The translations under genes were made by a program, and so were the position numbers. A stretch of 64,000 bases of DNA. It comes from Antechinus flavipes. Taxonomy: Eukaryota. The notes below the pieces were generated by a model. It saw only the letters and a program-made list of their open reading frames with translations, had not been told where the DNA came from and did no database searches. The stretch spans positions 299,522,001 through 299,586,000 of the forward strand of contig NC_067402.1 in assembly GCF_016432865.1 (NCBI RefSeq). Direction: 5' to 3'. This document shows positions 59,044 through 64,000 of the stretch, in pieces (positions within the stretch are counted from its first letter, which is position 1; every line of letters starts with the position of its first letter).

Positions 59044-59969
59044 GTCAAGTTCTATGTTGAGTTTCTCGAGTCTTGCCCTTTATACTTGAGCAGCCAGGCC
59101 ATGTGCTAACGACATCATGCTACAAAAATGTTCCTCTGCATTTCCTTTTGGTTTAAAGGGAGCCCACAGGTTTAAAGAGGATTAGAGGTGGGAGATCTTC
59201 TACCAAGAAAATGGAAATGAAATCGTAAGGAGTGAATGTGGTCTTTGATTATTCTTCTCTGATGTAGATCTGGGTCAGTGTTCCCATCTAACAGGAAGAG
59301 AGCAGGAGGGTCAGAGAATCGGAGGCAAGGGGAGGAGACAGAGCATCCCAGGGCTGATAAAAATGCTGGTGCCCATGCAGACCACCGGACACAGAAGGCT
59401 GTACGTGTGGCTGTTGTTACTCTGCAGCTCTTTATGACACCATTTGTTGGCCGATACTGGAGTGTTTGCCATTTTTTTCTCCAGCTTAATTTACAGATGA
59501 GGAGCCTGAGGCAGAGCTAGGTGGCCGGCCTAGGGACACACTGCCACTGATTGAGTTCAGATTTGGCTACAGGAAGAAGAGTCTTCCTTACTCCCATCCC
59601 TCAGTCCATCCTACCCACTGTGCAGCTTAGCTACCCCTGTGGAGGCGGAAAGAGCGTTGACTGGTGGCCACGTGTCATTGCTGTCATTAGCTGGCTAAAC
59701 TGGCTGACCTCGGGGCCCTGACCACTACTGTTCTCTATACCAGTAAAAAGCAAAGAATGAATTCGGCCTGATGGTTTTAAACCTGCATCTCTGAACACTG
59801 TTCTGTTCACATCTTCCTGTGCTCTCTGCCAGTCCTTCAAAGGCTCCCTCTTTTACTCTAGTTTTTTGGGTCATCATCACCATCACTTGTCACTCTTTTC
59901 CTCCCTAATTACCACTTCCCATGGTATTTTAAATTCTCTCTTGTGACAATAAGAATAATCCTGCGCAAG

Positions 59970-60075
59970 TCCCTTACTCCCGTTTCCCTCAGTTTCCTCA
60001 ACTGTAAAATGGAAACAATGACAGAATTTACCTTGCAGGGTAGTTGTAAAGCATTTGGCACATAGTAGACACTAT
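59970..60075 (+). mobile_element. MIR-like SINE remnant
   Basis: cctcagtttcctcaactgtaaaatgg...ccttgcagggtagttgtaaagcatttggcacatagtag. Confidence 0.6.
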
Positions 60076-60474
60076 AGAAATTCCCCTTCTCTCCCTTTGC
60101 CTCTTCCCTTGGGACAGATGGGAAAAGAAAATGGGTTTCCAAAAAGATTATAACAAGCTCTGAGGTATAAAGGAGTAGAACTGAGGAAATATTGGGAGAA
60201 TGATCTAATAGTTTTAGGGAAGCAGGTCATGGGCTATGAAAATGGTATGGGGAGGAAATAGGGGATGGAGAGAGAAAAAACAAAGAAATAGATCATCAGT
60301 GAGCAATAGATGGAAGGGCTGCGGATCCCCTGAGTAATGATAGAATGTCGCCATGACATGTCCAGTGGGTATGATTTGTCCAGGGGAAAAATGTGAGATC
60401 CCGGGAAAAGATGGAGGGGCTCTGCAGTGAACGATACAGCTAAAGAATGTCTATAAGCGTTCCAATGGCTCCCA

Positions 60475-60620
60475 TCATTCAATCAACCAACATTTATTAA
60501 GCTTCTCTGTATCAGGCACTGTGACAAGTGCTGGGGATACAAAAAGAGGCAAAAGACAGTCTGTCTTCAAGGAACTTACATTCTCATGAGGGAGACAACA
60601 TGCAAACAAATATAGACAAA
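60475..60620 (-). mobile_element. LINE-2 3' end remnant
   Basis: cattcaatcaaccaacatttattaagc...caggcactgtg...tgctggggatacaaa is the typical reverse L2 3' terminus. Confidence 0.7.
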
Positions 60621-61300
60621 AATAATCAGAGAGGGAAAAACACTAAGGGGAAATTTTGGAAGCGACTAAAAAGGATGTGAATAAATCACTTTATTTCCAT
60701 AATTCCAAATTGTGTTCCAGAATTTCTGGATCTTAGTTTTGTTGATAGCTGTCTATTGTGTGAGATGAAGTAGCCAAAGGATAAATCAAAGTTTTTTTTT
60801 GGTCGTTGTTTTTAGTGAGCTGGATAACATTAGCAGCGTCTTAGATGAAGTGTACACATAACTTTTTCCTGCTTTTATAATCTTTTTTTTTTAACCTTGG
60901 AGACTTCAGACCTTGAGGTCCTACTTAAATAATCCCCCAAATGGCTATTGTATTTATCTCTATCATAGGTCAATTTGATAGTGTGCTGAAAGTCGATGCT
61001 TTTCAAAGCACAACATAGGGTTTCCTCCACTGAAGACCACGGGATCTTCCTCTGTGACTGTCCTGGAGGAACAGAGCTTAAGACAGGTTCATGAAAACTA
61101 TGCCAACAAATTCTGACTCATTCTGCCTAAGGGAAATAAGTTACAAATACAACAAACTATGTCTACCGCACATATCACTAGACTCATGGTAGGAGGTTTG
61201 GTTAGGATTAATCTTATGGCCCCAGGAATTCATTAAACTTTCTGTGGAGCACTGGCTGGGTTTTGATTCTTGTAATGAAAGAATATCCAGTTATTAGTAG

Positions 61301-61453
61301 TATTTTATTTATTTGTTGCTGAGGCAATTGGGGTTAAGTGACTTGCCCAGGGTCACACAGTTGGGAGGTGTTAAGTGTTTGAGGTCAAATTTTAACTCAG
61401 ATCCTCCTGACTTCAGGGCTGGTGCTCTAACCCCTGCACCACCTAGCTGCCCC
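61301..61453 (-). mobile_element. Marsupial CORE SINE (WSINE1-like)
   Basis: T-rich tail, then GAGGCAATTGGGGTTAAGTGACTTGCCCAGGGTCACACAG...CACCTAGCTGCCCC. Confidence 0.88.
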
Positions 61454-61679
61454 CATCATCTGCATTTATCCGATTTGTTATTGTTTCATGGCTTTTCATC
61501 TTCTTCCTCTGGACTTTCGGTGTATGGGTAAAAGAGGCGTGTAAGATAAAGCTTTTAGATACATATAAAGGAACAGGCTGATTTCAGAAAAACCTGGACT
61601 TAAACATGATCTGATGTTAGTGACAGCAGAATCTTACACACGACGTAAGATTATGTGACGATCAGCCATCCTTAGCGCC

Positions 61680-62040
61680 TCAGTAATACTGTGATCCAAG
61701 ATCATTCCAATAGGCTTGGGATGGAAAACGCCATCTGTATTCAGAGAGAGATATGAAGATTGGATGCAAATTGAAGCCTATTATTTCGCTTTTTTTCCTC
61801 TGCTGATTTCCCCTTTTTTCCACACTATGAATAATGGGGGAATATGTTTAAAATGATTATATATGTGTAACATCAATTTTTTTACTATCTTGGGAAAAGG
61901 AAGAGGGGGAAAATCTGGAACTGTCTTACAAAAGTCAATGTTGAAAACAATTTTAACATGTAATCAGAAAAAAGAAAATACCAAGTGGAGGGGGGGGGGA
62001 ATTAAACTGTTACAAATCATCAAAAAAATGTACCAAGGAT
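61680..62040 (+). mobile_element. LINE-1 3' UTR remnant
   Basis: tgatccaagatcattcc...atggaaaacgccatctgtattcagagagag...aatgttgaaaac resembles the marsupial L1 3' UTR. Confidence 0.55.
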
Positions 62041-62219
62041 TATTTGCTGCCAGTCTTCAAGAACTCCCATGGCTTTAACTCCTTTCAAGTAGGCAGATTA
62101 GCAAATGGGCCGTAATTTGTTTCAGACAGGGACCAAGAGCACTGAAAGGTATCTGTAAAGCGCTTTGCAAACCTTAAGCGCTATATAAACATTACCGAGA
62201 AAGCAAGATTTGAATCCAC

Positions 62220-63960
62220 CGCTGACAGTGAGGCTGCCTCCCATGTAAGAGAAAAAAACCTGACGCGTTCGCTTGCCGACCCCTTATTCTCATTTTAAAA
62301 CCAAACGAACTCCCTTGGGTCCCTCCACTGTAGACACGCTCTCTGAACTTCAGCCTGGTCACCGCCTTTGTTTTTCATCGTGCTTACTCAGGGTCATTGT
62401 AGATTTTTATTTTTATTATTACTCTTAACAAGGCTGGGAAGTTCGTTGCTCTCCCGCCCTACTTTGAAGGAGCGGCGTATAAATACGGATAATGACGTTC
62501 TACGAGATCCCAGCCGCCTCCGCTGCTCCGCAGGCGCGTGCCTCGTTCTGGGGCGCGGCTTCCGAGAATGTAGCTGCGGTTCGGGCGGGGCGGGGGGGAG
62601 TGAAAGGCGTGCGCGTGCGATATGCGTGCGGTTTCCGGTGAGGATGCACTTAGTCCCTCGCTAGCCGATAAGGTAGGGACGCGCGCGTAGCTCGCGACTC
62701 CCGGCGCAGCCCGTTGGAGGGAGAAGGGCGCGTGCTCGCTGCGGACGCCCAGCGGCGCGCACGAAGACCTGTGCGGCTTCCAGCTTGGGCCCCCTGTGGA
62801 CTCTCCTAAGCGCGCGGACGCCGCGAGGTGCTTCTTCCCCTCCCCCCAAGGCCCTCCAAGGGTCCGCGAAGGCGGGCATGGCGCCAGAAATCCCCGTCCG
62901 AGGGCTGTAGGGCCCTGTTCCGCCGGGGGAGCGGGCCAAAGCCCGCACGGCCAGAAGCTCCATTCGGCTCTAGAGCCGGAGGTGAGCCTGCGGCCGCGGG
63001 GACCGTCACTCAAATCAAGTAGACCCTACGCGTCGCTCTGCTTGGGGGAGGGGGGGAGGGGCGCCCAGTCGGTGGCTACTCTCTTCTGGCGCTTGGCGGC
63101 GCCGAATTCGAGGTGTGAGGGTGGGGGCTGAGGGGCGGGTTTGAAGTCACCGGCGGGAGGGGAAAGGAAGAACCGGACGGGATTGGGGGGGGTCTCCGCG
63201 TCCGGGGCAAAGGTAACCGGAAATCCGGGCCGGCGAGTGGACGGGCTCTCTCGCCTGGCTGGAAGAGGGCGCGAACAGGTGCCGCTTCTCCAGCAAGCCC
63301 AAACAAGAGCCCCGGGCCGTGGGGCCGGGCCGATGAGTCAGCTTTTCCCCTTTTGCCTGGTCATGTTGGGACCCGTCAGCAGGCGGCAGAGCCGGGTTTC
63401 TAAATCCCGGCTTGTCTGCTAGCTGCGGGCATTTAAACTCGAGCCGGAGTAAGCCCGTTACTTACCGGCTTTTGTGCTTTTAAGGAGATGTGGTCTCCTT
63501 TCAGATCCAAGAGAGTTCCTCTCGTCCTCCTCCGGTAATGCCGGGGAAATGAGGCGAGGAGGGAGCAGTTTAATTTCAAGTGGAGAGATTAGTATAATCA
63601 GGCTAGCCGACCGAAGGGACTATTGTCCACATCATTCGGTCCAGAGTGACTGGAGAACGGCGTTAATGTAGCAAAGCTAGCAGGAGAGACAGAAGCAAAA
63701 AAACAAAATGAAGCAAGCGGTTCGGGCTCCCGGCAGCAAAAATATTTCTCCCAGTTTAAAGCAATAACCGGAGGCACACAATACACAATGGGGGGGGGGA
63801 GGTGTTTGGGATACATCGGCCTAAAGCGATAACAGGATACATACAATGAGGGGCCTGAGCTTGGGATACTTCCACTTCAAGCAGTTACCGGCCACATACA
63901 ATGAGGGCGTGGGCTTGGTTGTTTACAGTTGTTGGGAACGGGCTTCCGGAACGTTTCCGT
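62220..63960. promoter_or_regulatory. CpG-island promoter of an unidentified neighbouring gene
   Basis: Abrupt high GC and CpG density. TATAAATA at 62478, CRE-like TGACG near 62261 and 62492, GC boxes ~62583-62598, NRF1-like GCGTGCGCGTGCG ~62607-62630, ETS-like TTCCGG at 62633. Candidate donors AAG|GTAGGG (62673) and GAG|GTGAGC (62982). Confidence 0.8.
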
Positions 63961-64000
63961 TTTAGAAAACACTTTGCTGGTGTTAGGAACCAAATCAGCC

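Noticed and set aside
59295-59400. Possible 106-nt exon (CTAACAG|...GCT|GTACGT)
   Set aside because: The splice signals are plausible, but the translation matches nothing I recognise and no partner exons are evident.
62368-63422. Several 60-184 aa ORFs in the CpG island
   Set aside because: They are Gly/Pro/Arg/Ala-rich, overlap on both strands and have no domain, as is typical of GC-rich promoter DNA.

Overview
Mammalian DNA, most likely marsupial, judged from CORE-type SINEs starting GGGGCAGCTAG and marsupial-style L1 and LTR remnants. Bases 1 to about 54,500 form a tandem segmental-duplication array. Its repeating cassette pairs an intronless, disabled VENTX-like homeobox retrocopy with, about 4.3-4.4 kb downstream, a single-coding-exon Ras-subfamily GTPase gene. 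There are three complete cassettes. A and B belong to a very recent ~18.7-kb tandem duplication (737-19471 and 19472-38171). C is older and diverged (~41.8-51.7 kb). There is also a 3' Ras fragment at 38.5 kb and a 5'-truncated VENTX-like copy at 52 kb. All Ras copies have non-glycine residues at the HRAS 12/13 positions (Cys/Ser), Thr at 59 and no Gln at 61, substitutions typical of GTPase-impaired Ras. The copies differ strongly in their switch regions and membrane anchors: A and B have lost the CAAX tail to a premature stop, while C keeps CAAX but has lost all upstream cysteines. After ~54.5 kb the sequence is single-copy within the window, with ERV LTRs, a purine-rich repeat, old MIR/L2 elements and a CpG-island promoter of an unidentified gene at 62.2-64 kb. 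No database search was possible. Family assignments rest on remembered motifs. Repeat boundaries are approximate unless defined by a target-site duplication (TSD), and all counts were made by hand.
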